Shown: positions 12,332 through 24,702 of the stretch, one piece after another
Layout: each line of letters opens with the position of its first letter
How positions within the stretch are numbered: position 1 is the first letter of the stretch
Assembly: GCF_000002075.1 (NCBI RefSeq)
Contig: NW_004797294.1
Coordinates: forward strand, 308,491-372,490
Length of the DNA: 64,000 nucleotides
Direction of reading: 5' to 3'
Source of the DNA: Aplysia californica
Lineage: Eukaryota
The notes under the pieces: generated by a model
Told to the model about the DNA's origin: nothing
Database searches by the model: none
Seen by the model: only the letters and a program-made list of their open reading frames with translations
Translations under genes and position numbers: made by a program

Positions 12332-15300
12332 GCAGCATCCTCATCATCCTCATCATCATCACTTTTCCCATCAGATCAGGCCACTCAACAACCAATCCCA
12401 TGCCGTGAACGTCGGAGTCGGCTTTGATCTCATTGCCATAGCTGGACTGGATGACGTCACGTCCACTTTCACCTGTAACGGATTCCTGTACCTTACGTGG
12501 GAGGACCAGGTCTGATTTATTTACATTATCGTTTTCAGTTTATCCTCCCCCCCCCCCGTTCCCCCCCCCCCATTTCACTTTACCTTGCTACNNNNNNNNN
12601 NNNNNNNNNNNNNNNNNNNNNNNNNNNNNNNNNNNNNNNNNNNNNNNNNNNNNNNNNNNNNNNNNNNNNNNNNNNNNNNNNNNNNNNNNNNNNNNNNNNN
12701 NNNNNNNNNNNNNNNNNNNNNNNNNNNNNNNNNATGCTATGCTTTTTCATAACTCGCAAATTAGTAGATGTGTCACGTAATGCCAGGTTGGATACTGTTA
12801 ATATCTCTTTGATATTCAATGCTAACTTTATTTATGGAAACTCTGCGGTGTAAAATAAAATTGTTCTTGGTAGATTATTTTTGTTCCTGGGTCCTCAAAG
12901 CTGCACCAGTGCTTGAAAGATTAGATCATTTGTAAGTTTGCATGCATTTTATTTCCTGAAAGATTCAACATTTTTAGGGGATTAACACACCTATCACAAA
13001 AATGAAATACTTCGTAACTTTGAAAAGCCACTTCAAAGGTTACTCGTATAGGTTGCTGTTGAAAGAACATTCTATATTGCTAATTTGACTTCTTTGCAAA
13101 CTCGGAAATAAAATATTTAATCTTAAGCAAAAAAATACATGTTATCAGCCTTCCAAAGAGGATATGACAATTGATAACATAACACCCTCACAAATTGGAA
13201 GCGACCACACCTGTGATCTTTGGAGAGTCTATATTTACTTCTTTTTGCAGCGTTATCCAAATAATTAATACATTCCAAAAGTTTTTTCAGCTGTGTCAAA
13301 TACCCATTTTAGTGGCATTTTGGTGAAATCAGGCTCTCGCCAAGATAAAGTAATCAAAGAAATCGACTTTTTTCCCCCTCATGTTCGGCAATTTTATCAA
13401 TTTTTTTGTCAGTTTGTTTTGTGTCCAACGTGTTTTATAACCACTTAACGACATAGTCCTGCCTGGATTTTTACTTAACAAAAACCGACACCAAAGATAC
13501 AAAAGATGCAAATTGTAGTTTCCCAGGATTTCAATCTTTGGAGGTCACCAAACTTTGGCTGCCATTTTCTCACAAATGTTTGACCTCTGATCCATGGCGA
13601 TACTCAACTCCTCGAATCGCAAATATCTCAACTTCTGTTCAAGACAGATGTGTTTTGTTTTCATCAAAAGAAAGACAAATGAACCACCTTTAAGATTATA
13701 CTAATAATTCCATATGTCCAGAAATTGACAAGCGCCTGATTGTGCCGTGTCGTGACACATCTTTCTGTTCTTGTTCCCATACTCAGCGTTTGGCGTGGGA
13801 CCCCGCTAAATATGGTGGCATTGAAATGATGTCCCCCATGCCGATCAGAATCTGGAGACCTCGGCTTATTGTGGTCAATACCGTTGGCGACAGGGACATC
13901 TTTGAGGACGATAATGCGTGAGTTTGACGGTTTCATTTATAACCGGCGTCTATAAGTAAAAAACTTCCTTCTTAAGCGAAATGGTGTGGCCCAGCACTCG
14001 TTTGTTCACGTTTACATAGATATTATTTCTATTATGACTCAAAAATAAATGTATACTCTTGATGCAAAATAGCTCACATTTGATGTACATTATTTTAAAA
14101 CTACCCTCGATATTAAAATATTTTTTAAACGTAATTTAAGGGTGGACTCCAAAATTGCTTGTCATGTCCAACCTGCGTTGAGAAGAATTTAATGTCCGAG
14201 CAGAAACATTAAAATACTCGATAAAAATTTCTCCCCACCTGGGAATCGAACTCAGGTGTTCTGCGTTAGACAACAAGGCACTTTACCGCTACACCTTAGA
14301 TGCTGGTATAATGTCTTTTCGAGAAATAAACTCCAGCAACAGCAACGAGGACGATTGTTGTTCTTGATCTCTGATGAGCATTGCTTTGGNNNNNNNNNNN
14401 NNNNNNNNNNNNNNNNNNNNNNNNNNNNNNNNNNNNNNNNNNNNNNNNNNNNNNNNNNNNNNNNNNNNNNNNNNNNNNNNNNNNNNNNNNNNNNNNNNNN
14501 NNNNNNNNNNNNNNNNNNNNNNNNNNNNNNNNNNNNNNNNNNNNNNNNNNNNNNNNNNNNNNNNNNNNNNNNNNNNNNNNNNNNNNNNNNNNNNNNNNNN
14601 NNNNNNNNNNNNNNNNNNNNNNNNNNNNNNNNNNNNNNNNNNNNNNNNNNNNNNNNNNNNNNNNNNNNNNNNNNNNNNTAGAAGAGACAGAGAGACAGTT
14701 CGAGAGACAGATTCGAGAGACAGATTCGAGAGACAACTTTGTCACCCGTTTGTTGGTTTTTCTTGTTGTGTAGCCCTACTATTGTCATGGCTAATGGCAG
14801 CACGTCATGGAAACCTGGTGGACTGTTCCCAGTCAGTTGCCGAATGGATCTAAAACATTTTCCTTTTGACGAACAGGCATGCACGCTCATGGTACGTATT
14901 ATAACAGCTTGCTAACTTTCAATTCAGTTTAGAAGACGTTTTTCGGCGCTCGCAACTGCATAAGGTCATATGAGCGTCAGAAGATTAGAGGTGTTACAAG
15001 AGAGTAACAAACATATAAAACAGGAGGGGAGTTAAGGACGATAGGTGTCTGATAGGAAAGAAAGAGCAAACCATACCAAAGCCCCCGCCAACCACCCACT
15101 TGCTAACTTTCGTCTCACCGCAGTTAAAACAACGTAAAATAAAATCGATTTGTTTAATAATTTATCTTCTCAGATCGGTTCATACGGGTCTAAAAGTTGA
15201 GTGAACAAAATAATCTAATAGCCTATTTTTGAGGCCACTGCAAAACAAGGTTCTGAAACACTTTCTTTGATGTAAACAATTTTCTTTAGACGAACAGTTC

Positions 15301-18300
15301 TGCACGCTCTTGGTACCTATTATTTGAGTTCTCATTTCTTTTGTTCACTGTCTTATATCAGGCATGGTCTAGCGTATTCAAGTAGCTTGCTGGATTACGC
15401 GATTCTGAAAAATATCGTCACTACAGTATTCTAAACGGCTAATTCGGTTTCTATACATTTTAGAGGGTGAAAAATCTCAAAACTCAAAGCTATAGCTCTA
15501 ATACACATTTTAGTTGTTTAGAATCCAACGTTGAAGCGACTTTTTGGGAAGGTTAATCTTGCTAAAAGTCATTACAGAATGTTTGTTGGTTAGAAAAAGT
15601 AAACTATTTAAAACAGGAGTTAGCTGTTGAAATTCTCCAGTTACAATATCTCTCTTGCCAAAGCGGGTGAAAATTGGGTTAATTCAGTGAAAATACCCAA
15701 TTTCTTAAATGTGAGACTAAAGCAGAGAGAATAGCAAAATCTTCAGGTCATTCAATATGTTTTATAAAGTAACATAATAGCTTATCTGTTAGTTCCAGTT
15801 TGACCAGAAGCTACTAATTTTAACAGGTAAGACGAATTTTGTGTTTGTCTGTTTGTTTGTTGGGGCTATTTTTATAGTTATAGTCGACTCATCCTGTGCC
15901 ACATTTTGTTATCAATTACTGAGTCGACTCACGGGCCATACTGCAACTACCCACAGGCCTTTGCCCAGGTCAGATTTTTAGACACAGTTAAGACAGTAAA
16001 GGACAGCTATGGCTCTCCCATTTTTTGCAACCTATATCTTTTTCAAAGAGTTTATTTTATTGAGTTTTATTTTCTGAACTCAACAGCCATATATTTTATA
16101 CGAGGGGATATCAATAAGTTTTTAACTTGAGTATGAAGTAGTGAAGCTACGACCTTTAAATTTGGTACGTTGACACTTATTTCTCTATGTAGGCACCAGC
16201 GGCAAGAACACACGTTTGCCAGCGATGACTGACCTTGAAAATTCCTTTTAAAAGAAAGATCACTTTGCCAGATGAATTCTGCACTTTGGCTTTTAGGGGG
16301 TGGGGGAAGATGGTGTTTTCCATTGCATTGAAGCAGATTTTGACTCTGGGTCGAACTGATAGACCCAGATTTCATCCATTGTTACTAAACGGTCAAAACA
16401 GTAGTTGTCAGGATCTTCATCAAACAAGTCAATCATTTGCAAACGGCACTATGTTCTCTGTTCTTTTTGATGAGGGGTAAGGAGACACGGCACCCATCTT
16501 GCAGACACTTTCATCATACTTAAATGGTCAGGTAGTATTGTCTGAACAGATCAGTAGCTCAAGCTAGTTTCAGCATAAAGTTGTGGGAGAGTAACGTGCA
16601 TGTCATTCAGCACAATCTTCTTGACTTTTGAAACATTGTCTTCAGTCACGGCTGAGAGAGGGCGATCTTCTCGAGGGTTGTCTTCAATGGACATGTTACC
16701 AAATTTGAATCGCTTGCACTAAAATTTGACCACGTCATAGCTTGGGCAGATATCTCCATACACTACTGACATTTCATTTTTTTCCTTAGAGATGAAGGAA
16801 CTTCATCACAGCTCTCATTAGGCCTAATTTTTTTCCCATTTTGTGAAAATAAATGAAAATTGCTAATCATGCAATCAAACAATTTGCTGTATAACCTGAA
16901 CTGACCATCAGAAATTCACAATTATTGTGTTCATTCTTAGTTCAGATGTATCTTGAACCTGTTCAAATTTCAAGTTCGTAGCTCCACTCCTTCATACTCA
17001 GGTAAAAAAAAACGTACTGATACCACNNNNNNNNNNNNNNNNNNNNNNNNNNNNNNNNNNNNNNNNNNNNNNNNNNNNNNNNNNNNNNNNNNNNNNNNNN
17101 NNNNNNNNNNNNNNNNNNNNNNNNNNNNNNNNNNNNNNNNNNNNNNNNNNNNNNNNNNNNNNNNNNNNNNNNNNNNNNNNNNNNNNNNNNNNNNNNNNNN
17201 NNNNNNNNNNNNNNNNNNNNNNNNNNNNNNNNNNNNNNNNNNNNNNNNNNNNNNNNNNNNNNNNNNNNNNNNNNNNNNNNNNNNNNNNNNNNNNNNNNNN
17301 NNNNNNNNNNNNNNNNNNNNNNNNNNNNNNNNNNNNNNNNNNNNNNNNNNNNNNNNNNNNNNNNNNNNNNNNNNNNNNNNNNNNNNNNNNNNNNNNNNNN
17401 NNNNNNNNNNNNNNNNNNNNNNNNNNNNNNNNNNNNNNNNNNNNNNNNNNNNNNNNNNNNNNNNNNNNNNNNNNNNNNNNNNNNNNNNNNNNNNNNNNNN
17501 NNNNNNNNNNNNNNNNNNNNNNNNNNNNNNNNNNNNNNNNNNNNNNNNNNNNNNNNNNNNNNNNNNNNNNNATTCTCTTTCTCTTTTTCCATCTCTGTCT
17601 TTCTTCCATTCTCTACTTTTTTCTTTCTAATCCTCTTTTTGTTTACAGTTTTAACATTCTTTCCCTCACCTTTTCACTACACTACGTTCCAAGAGAAAAA
17701 TGTTGATACTACACAAAATTAATACTGCCTCGACCTAGAATCGAGTGTACATTGATTTAAGAGCTTGTTAAAACCCCTAGGAGAGGCTGTTTTCTTTTTT
17801 CTTTCTTTATTTCTTCATATGTAAAAAAGTACTATCTTTTCCAGTTCAAAACTATGTCTGGTGGTAAAAACGAAATTGACTTCGTGGCTCTAAGGGTCCT
17901 TTCATCCGAATATAGAACCTTTGGTGAATGGATATTGCTCGGCTCTAGTGTTCGAACAAGTTACTCCAACGGCATGGACAGGAAACCTAGGATAGAGGTA
18001 AACGGCTTGTTTCGTTTGATGTAGATAAATAAACGTGTCACGAGGCGGTGGAATCAGGCACTCCCCAAGTTTTGGGTATATTGAGTTATTAGTACCATCT
18101 TAAAGCGTGTTCATTTATATTTCTATTGTCATAATGGTATTTATCTATCTTTAATACTAATATTTGCAAATAATTAAGTAAGTGCGGTCACCTGATGTAA
18201 GAGGTAAAATTAGTGAGAAAAAAGCTGCCATAGTTTGCATGGTAATTTCTTTGAGAGTTCTTGAAAATTTAAAATTGACATTTCTGTGCCTTTAGTCAAC

Positions 18301-20522
18301 GTTTTTCAGTATAATCCAGCCGAAAGCGTATTAATGAACATAAATGGCGATGAGCAAAAAAAATCAAAAAATCAATCGAATAATCACAAATAGAGAAGAC
18401 AATAGTGTAAACACAATCCCTCAAAAACAACTCTAGTGGCAAGAGCTTACCACGCCCGTGAATCTGGCTTCAAATCAAGAGGAAGACCAAGAAGGGCCCG
18501 GCTGTACAAGGGTTTAAAAGGTATTGGAACAACATGACATATCTATCACAGATGCTTCCCACTTAACACAGGACTCAAAACTGCACACTCTACCCCCCAC
18601 ACCGCGCCCCCTTCCTCTCGACATCTTTAGGATACCAGATGAAGGAAAAAAGTAAGAGTAAAAGTATAAAGTGTTTCTCATATCCGATTCGGACATTGAG
18701 GATTGCCTTGTTAGTGAGACAACATCCTGGACCTTCGGCAAAATAATACTGCTGTCGGGTGGCCAGTTCCTTTCCATGTCACCTTTACTTCACCAACTCG
18801 ATGTCAAGTACGCGTTACTGCTGGGTGGGCAGGAGGGGGCGAAAAAATATCCGCGTCCAAACCGAGGCTCGAACCAGAACTTTCAGCTTCGGAAACAAGC
18901 GCAAAAATAAAAGTAAAGTAATAATACTATTATTTGTTCAACAGATACGGTTTCGAATGAAAAGGGAGCCATTCGCCGTTATGATGACAACGATCCTGCC
19001 AGCTATCTTCTTGACCCTCCTCGTCATCTTTGTCTTTGCTATACCCGTGGAGTCTGGAGAGAAAATCAGCTACGGTAACTGGAGACTGTCTAATTGTTTT
19101 CTAAATAATTTAGTTGTAGTAAGTGCTTTACAGCACGTATGACAAATTATACAGGTTACGCAAGTGCCAAAGATTGAAGGTATTACTAGAGAGTAGCATA
19201 CACAGAATAGAAGAAGGAGAGATAAGTACGATAGATGACTTTGACTGGGAAGAAGGAGCAAACCACTCCAAATCACTCGTTAGTGACCCACTTCTTAATT
19301 GTTGACAACTACATAATATAATGAGTTTTAACTGAATGTGCATGTGGCGCATGTTGTATGACAACTGGTCATTATTAATACTCTACTCTCTATTTGATTT
19401 TACTTTACTTTATGGGGCTCTCATGGCCTAGAGGTTAAGGTGTTGGCCTCTGTTTCCAAGGTCCCGGGTCCGAATCCGGGTAGCGACCAAAAAATTTTCT
19501 TCTCTAAAATGGTCTCCTTCCCCCCCCCCCTTTCCTGCTCTCTAGCAATGTTCTGTCATCTGCTTTCATTTCCACTTTCTTCCCCCACCCCATCACCTCC
19601 TTTGCCCCCTCCTCTGGGCTCCTGACTCTTTCTGCAGCCTTTCTATTGATACTCCTTGGCGCCTCCTTACTGCTGTCTTTCTGCCACACCCCTGATCTTC
19701 TGGAAGGAAAGATGTACACCCAGCCTTCTCGGACAAGGGCGAAAAATCTCGGAGGGCCCGAGTGCAAGTTGTGCACGTTAAAGATCCTTTGGTGGTCTAA
19801 AATCGATAAGAGTAGGCTTCGGCCGCCACCCAGGCAAAATTCAAAATTTCCTACCAACAAAAAATATTAGGTGTGTCCCGCGCGCTCATAATATGACCTT
19901 ATGCAGTTGCGAGCGCCGTAAAACACTTTACAAAAACAAACAACTTTACTTTACTTAAGTTTAATTTAATTTACTTTACTTTGCTTTGCTTTGCTTTACT
20001 TTGCTTTTTTTTTAACTTTATTTTACTTTACTTTACTTCTCTTTGCTTTGCTTTGCTTTGCTTTACTTTGCTTTATTTTACTTTCTTTCACTTTACTTTA
20101 ATTTACTTTACTTTGAAGGGCAAAGAAACCTGTGGTTTTTTTTTTTACGGAAACCAAGTTAACACCTCATCTAAAAACGAGAAAAAAAGTGTTTGCTCTA
20201 ACCCTACTGAAAATTACTCAAATGTACAAATACATTGTTCTTGTTAAGCGAAAAACAGTGGATTTTTGGAAAGGAACGTCTATTCTCACAGGCCTGAGGA
20301 CTGGTTGATTTGGAGGCTGGAAAACAGGTAAAAAAGACTCGTTCAAGCTCATTTTGTCATTCATAGTTCCTCCCACCCTTCCCAGGTAATAATATTCAAA
20401 CTGTAATAGCTTATAATAATACTACTACTAATAATGAAGGTCATTTCTATAGTGCCCACTCCCGTGTAAACCCATCTCTTGGTGCTTTACATAATTGCAT
20501 GTACGAACAATATTCATACACA

Positions 20523-20588
<66 letters not shown>

Positions 20589-22159
20589 CACACACAGATA
20601 CACACACAAACACGTGCGCACATCACGCACACATTACACGCACATATGTGCANNNNNNNNNNNNNNNNNNNNNNNNNNNNNNNNNNNNNNNNNNNNNNNN
20701 NNNNNNNNNNNNNNNNNNNNNNNNNNNNNNNNNNNNNNNNNNNNNNNNNNNNNNNNNNNNNNNNNNNNNNNNNNNNNNNNNNNNNNNNNNNNNNNNNNNN
20801 NNNNNNNNNNNNNNNNNNCGCGCACGCTTACACATCGTTACGAATTGAGCACATGCACATACATAATAAATAAAACAATATACCCAACACAATTCGCAAA
20901 ATACGTAATTGGATAGCGTAAGTTCATGGTCTGTCAGGACCGTCTCAGTGGTGTAAGGGTCAGGCGTTTCGTTATCGCTCGAGGGAGTTCCGAGTTCGAT
21001 TGCCGACTGGGCGTGGATTTTTTAAAACAAGAAACTCGTTCTTTCTACCGCTAATATGTTGTGTCCCTCTTAGCTAGCGTTGACGATGACTTACTTTTCT
21101 TTTTTCTTCCGCTTGTACCGGAGGGTGTCGCGGGGAGACACATGCGTCTGTCTGCATCAAGGCGAGTGGCCTGCAGGAGGGACATCCCTTGAGCTCCCTC
21201 GATGATTGACAGGAGAAAAGCCCGCCTCCTAAATTATCCAAAATTGGTAAATTGTGGGGCACGGAAGGGAGGAGGGAAGGGTCAATGATGGAAAGGGGTA
21301 ACATTAAGAATTTTGAAAAATATCGTCATAACAAAAAGAAGGTAGTGACCTCTGACTCCTCTGACCTTCGCCCGTCCTTCCTCCAGGTATCACCGTGCTC
21401 CTGGCTCTGGCTCTGTTCATGAGCCTCACCAGCTCTATGGTATCACGGTCCTCGGCCACCTCCGCCCTCGTCGTTATCTACATCTTCATCCTCCTCGTCG
21501 TCTCCGTCCTGGCGGTTATTGTCTGCATCATCGTGGTCGTCTTCCACAACATGGAGGAGGTAGGTTTTTGTATTTGCAAATTATTGTGTGTCGGTCTTGG
21601 GGGCTGTAATTAGTGCACTTATTTTGGACATATATCCACATGGATTTTTCTAAAACGACAAATTCTTTTTGACATCCACATACATAGACATAGGGGTCTT
21701 GAACACCTAGCTCTCACTTGCAAAACTGAGGACAAGCGAGGCAGGGGAAAGCCCAGAACAACATACTTGGGTAACCTAAACAAATGGGTAACATGGAAAG
21801 ATCCGGGAAACGTAGCTTTTTTTAGAGCATCCGAGCAAAGGAGTGAATGGAGAACCATGATTGCAGATGTCTGTCGCAGATCCGGCACTGGATGATGATG
21901 ATGAGCCACGCTCTACATGACAATATGGCTCATGTGTATAATGTGTGCGAGTAATACGTGTAATGTGTATACAATAATATTTGTACTTATTTTCCTTTTG
22001 CGCACATTGGAAATTTGATAAAAAGGATTATGAAAGCGTGTGTGAACGCATGTGTGAGTGTCTGTGAGTGTGTGAGTGTGTGTGTGTGTATGTGTGTGTG
22101 TGTGTGTGTATGTGCGTTTCTATGTTAGTGTGCTTGTGCACTTGTGTTGTATGTGTGTA

Positions 22160-22215
<56 letters not shown>

Positions 22216-22253
22216 CTTGTGCATTTGTGTTGCTTGTGTTTGTGTTTGTTCGT

Positions 22254-22297
<44 letters not shown>

Positions 22298-22795
22298 AAA
22301 GAGAGAGAGAGACTGAGAGACAGTGAGATTGAGAGAGTAGTAGACAGATAAGTGGACAGAGTGTGGGTCTGTCTGCCCCCATCCCACCCTTCCTCAAACT
22401 CTTACTCAATCTTATTTCCAATTCGTTTTTATATAAAAAGAAAATAAGACCAACAGTAAAGTACAAGTGAAAACATTAACTCCAATAGTCTCTTTATTTC
22501 AACTCATGCACAGCGAACTGACAAAAACAAAAAGGAAAACAAGATGGGCAGTCTCCCAACAGTCACCAAAGTCACCGAAAACAAGTGCCCCAGCTCCAAG
22601 CTGTCTCTCAATCGAGTACATCCTCAACAAACGGAGGAAGCCCATCTGGACGAGACGTCTGGCACTGCGCATGCGCCCGCCATCACTTACAGAAGGATTG
22701 GGCAGCTCATCAACAATATTTCTTTCGTTGTTTTCTTCCTTGTTTGGGTTTTCCTAACTCTTTTCTTTTTCTTGAGCATGAAGAACATTATGTAA
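10837..22795 (+). CDS. Gene 1: divergent nicotinic acetylcholine receptor-like (non-alpha) Cys-loop ligand-gated cation channel subunit, 8 exons, about 426 aa
   Basis: Hand-spliced join(10837..10995,12375..12509,13787..13917,14774..14891,17845..17997,18945..19074,21387..21559,22514..22795) = 1281 nt, open, all introns GT-AG, phases 0,0,2,0,0,1,0. Signal peptide then QTYSKTKTLFEDKLDSSVYDTDIRP; WDPAKYGG; IWRPRL; Cys-loop CRMDLKHFPFDEQAC; GEW; M1 ILPAIFLTLLVIFVFAIP; ESGEKISYGITVLLAL (M2); M3; M4 INNISFVVFFLVWVFLTLFFFL. Confidence 0.93.
11216..12243 (-). mobile_element. Penelope-like retroelement remnant (RT plus start of GIY-YIG region), frameshifted, in gene 1 intron 1
   Basis: Minus-strand motifs FLAIDVVNMYNNIPH, FLQLTGTAMGSPVAPSY, MRYTDDV, TSFLDM, TDLYKK, RQPPNLGNLLIR and CQKPKCRIC. 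Confidence 0.88.
12249..12360. repeat. Compound (CAT)n(CAG)n microsatellite just upstream of gene 1 exon 2
   Basis: Read directly. One of many microsatellites: (CA)n 8698, (CT)n 9781, (CA)n 20520, (GT)n/(GA)n 22070-22320, (GA)n 30830-31092, (GATA)n 34873, (TA)n 43597, (AAT)n 59310. Confidence 0.95.
12766..13762. mobile_element. Unclassified non-autonomous DNA element ending 24 bp before gene 1 exon 3
   Basis: Terminal inverted repeat agatgtgtcacg / cgtgacacatct. Its right ~230 bp resembles 32900-33141 and 36110-36352. Confidence 0.6.
15269..15323 (+). pseudogene. Degenerate relic of the 3' end of the gene 1 Cys-loop exon with its donor site
   Basis: gatgtaaacaattttctttagacgaacagttctgcacgctcttggtacctattat aligns to the exon 4 end gatctaaaacattttccttttgacgaacaggcatgcacgctcatggtacgtattat. 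Confidence 0.7.
16099..17026 (-). mobile_element. Defective Tc1/mariner element in gene 1 intron 4
   Basis: Left end TA|CGAGGGGATATCAATAAGT with a ~60 bp imperfect inverted copy just before the gap at 17027. Minus-strand transposase relic EMSVVYGDICPSYDVVKF*CKRFKFGNMSIEDNPREDRP. Confidence 0.85.
19414..19942 (+). mobile_element. tRNA-derived SINE family A, full length, in gene 1 intron 6
   Basis: Same head, body and tail (atgaccttatgcagttgcgagcgccgtaaaacac). Flanked by actttacttta and followed by a (TTTAC/TTTGC)n tract. Confidence 0.88.
20938..21242 (+). mobile_element. SINE family C copy, with related degenerate copies near 7930-8140 and 25620-25940
   Basis: tRNA-like head (agtggtgtaagggtcagg...gagttcgatt) and the shared 3' motif aaagcccgcctcctaaat. 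Confidence 0.55.
21640..21903 (+). mobile_element. RTE-type LINE 3' fragment in gene 1 intron 7
   Basis: GLEHLALTCKTEDKRGRGKPRTTYL...RSEWRTMIADVCRRSGT followed by a (TGA)n tail. Confidence 0.7.
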
Positions 22796-23141
22796 TCAAT
22801 TGAAATTTTTAGAGTTTTTTTTTGGGGGGGGGGATTTGGGTGGGGGAGGGGGGGGGGGAGTTAATTGTTAGCTTAGTTGGTATCATGCAGAACAGGGGAG
22901 CGGATGACCCTGGTTAGAAACCCAACAAGAAGTGTTGTGAACTGGGTGTTTTGAAGTGTTTTAAAGGCTCTCCATCCAATTTGATTAATACAGTCTTTTT
23001 TTAAACTGACACCAAAATAATTCCGAGGTACCAACTCGAGAATATCCAACAGTGTTGAATTTGGCGTTAAATCTAATTAATCCCTTTTTTCGCAAATTGA
23101 ATCGAGCTGGTCTCATAGCAGGAAAGTATAAATATATTATA

Positions 23142-24400
23142 TTAGCTGAGCACCCGGCTTTGCTCGGGGTCGACGCCTTGGCGTCACTGCTCCTACTGGT
23201 CTACGCCGCAGAGGCATTTTACATCTACATGTACCTTGCTGTCTAGCATTTCACAGTCATACCTGGCTTCTAGATCTACATTGCTTTAGTGTATTGCTGT
23301 CTAGCCCTTCACAATCACAAAATACGGATTTCGCCATACACCATCACAAAAAGACTAAGAAAATAATAAACCACGATAGGGCTGCTACACCGAAAAAGGA
23401 ACACACCGACGTCTTCAAAATCATAGAGGCAGTGTCTATAGCTTTTTCGCTTTCCTCATACAGCGTTAAAAAAATTCTAGCTCATTGACAAATTAACCTA
23501 GGCCCACGAAACTTTGCATGACACTTCTACAGACTATTCGAAATGTGAGCGTGCAAATTCATAAGCACATTTCAGATTATGACATACGAATTATGGCAAT
23601 GCAACATGGCTTAAAGATCAGAAATGATCCCAGGCTCAAGTACTTGGAAAAGACTGTTTCTGCGCTCTGAGGCTGCATCACTTTCCATGAAATAAACTTA
23701 CAGAAATGAATACTCATTTTGGGTGGCAGGAAGGAGAGAGCCGATACGATGATATACTTGACCCTGCACGCGAAACTGTGGATTCCATCCATTGAGGGTT
23801 GCATCGGTATAGCCCATGGATGTGGGCTGAAAGCAATTGTTGTACATCCTGATTTTCTCCAGAAAGTGAGAGGACAGTGTCGACACACCAGACTGAAGGA
23901 TTTGCAGTTCAGGAGGTGGTTTTGGATGCAGATCAACTTTGCCATTGCTACAGCACATACCTTGTGTTTCATATGATAATCTTATGGCCAGGCAGTGTGT
24001 ACACTGTGTCGTCTGTTCTCCAATGTAGCACTCGTACTGAAAGGAATTGACAATGTAGAGGAATGCTTTTGGGAGATTTAGATCTAGAGAGTCCCCATCA
24101 TTTTGTTGTTGAACTAGACCACCTCGACCTTTACGAGCTCGGGAGGTTCCAACTGCAGAACTTCTTTTTCTTTTCAGCATGGTCAAGCGCTATCTAGGTC
24201 TAGATCTAGATTCTTATCTAAGATCTATTTACATTGTTCCCAGTAGCAAGAAAAATAATTTGACAAAGGAGTCCAGAAAAAGCGATGATGGGCATCAAAC
24301 GAAAGGATCACAGTCGAATTTAGCTCCAAGTAAAAAAATAAAACATAAGGCTAGATCTATATGGGTCGCACACTGAAAAAAGTGCCCAGTATTGTGCGAC
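23142..24400 (-). mobile_element. Internally deleted Helitron remnant (5' boundary not defined)
   Basis: Rep N-terminal motifs CTHCLA...ETQGMCCSNGKVDL, FLEKIRMYNNCF and FRVQGQVYHRIGSLLP over frameshifted ORFs 23577-24186. The minus-strand 3' end shows the hairpin CCCGAGC-AAA-GCCGGG followed by CTAA|T at 23142. Confidence 0.85.
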
Positions 24401-24702
24401 AATGCGCGATAGTATCGAACGGAAGTACGACTTGAAATAAACAAACCTAATGGATTTTCTAAAATTACAGAGACAGAAGCGTCGGCCTACAAAAGCGATC
24501 GACGAAATAAAGAAATTTAGCTTTTTGCAGCAAAACTGTCTCAAAACTGAAAAATCGAAGTGTGCCATGATCTGGAGATTATTTCAAAGAATATTTTGGC
24601 GAAAACCACATGTCGATAGATGAAACCATTAAAAAGCCTTTTGAATAGCAAAGTTCAGCCACCACAAATAGATAATAGATGATGTAATCTGTTCCATCGA
24701 AA

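Noticed and set aside
12201-12374. Poly-Ser/Ala/His in-frame extension of gene 1 exon 2
   Set aside because: It is microsatellite sequence. The acceptor at 12374 gives a 135 nt exon matching both paralogs, and most upstream CAGs are out of phase.
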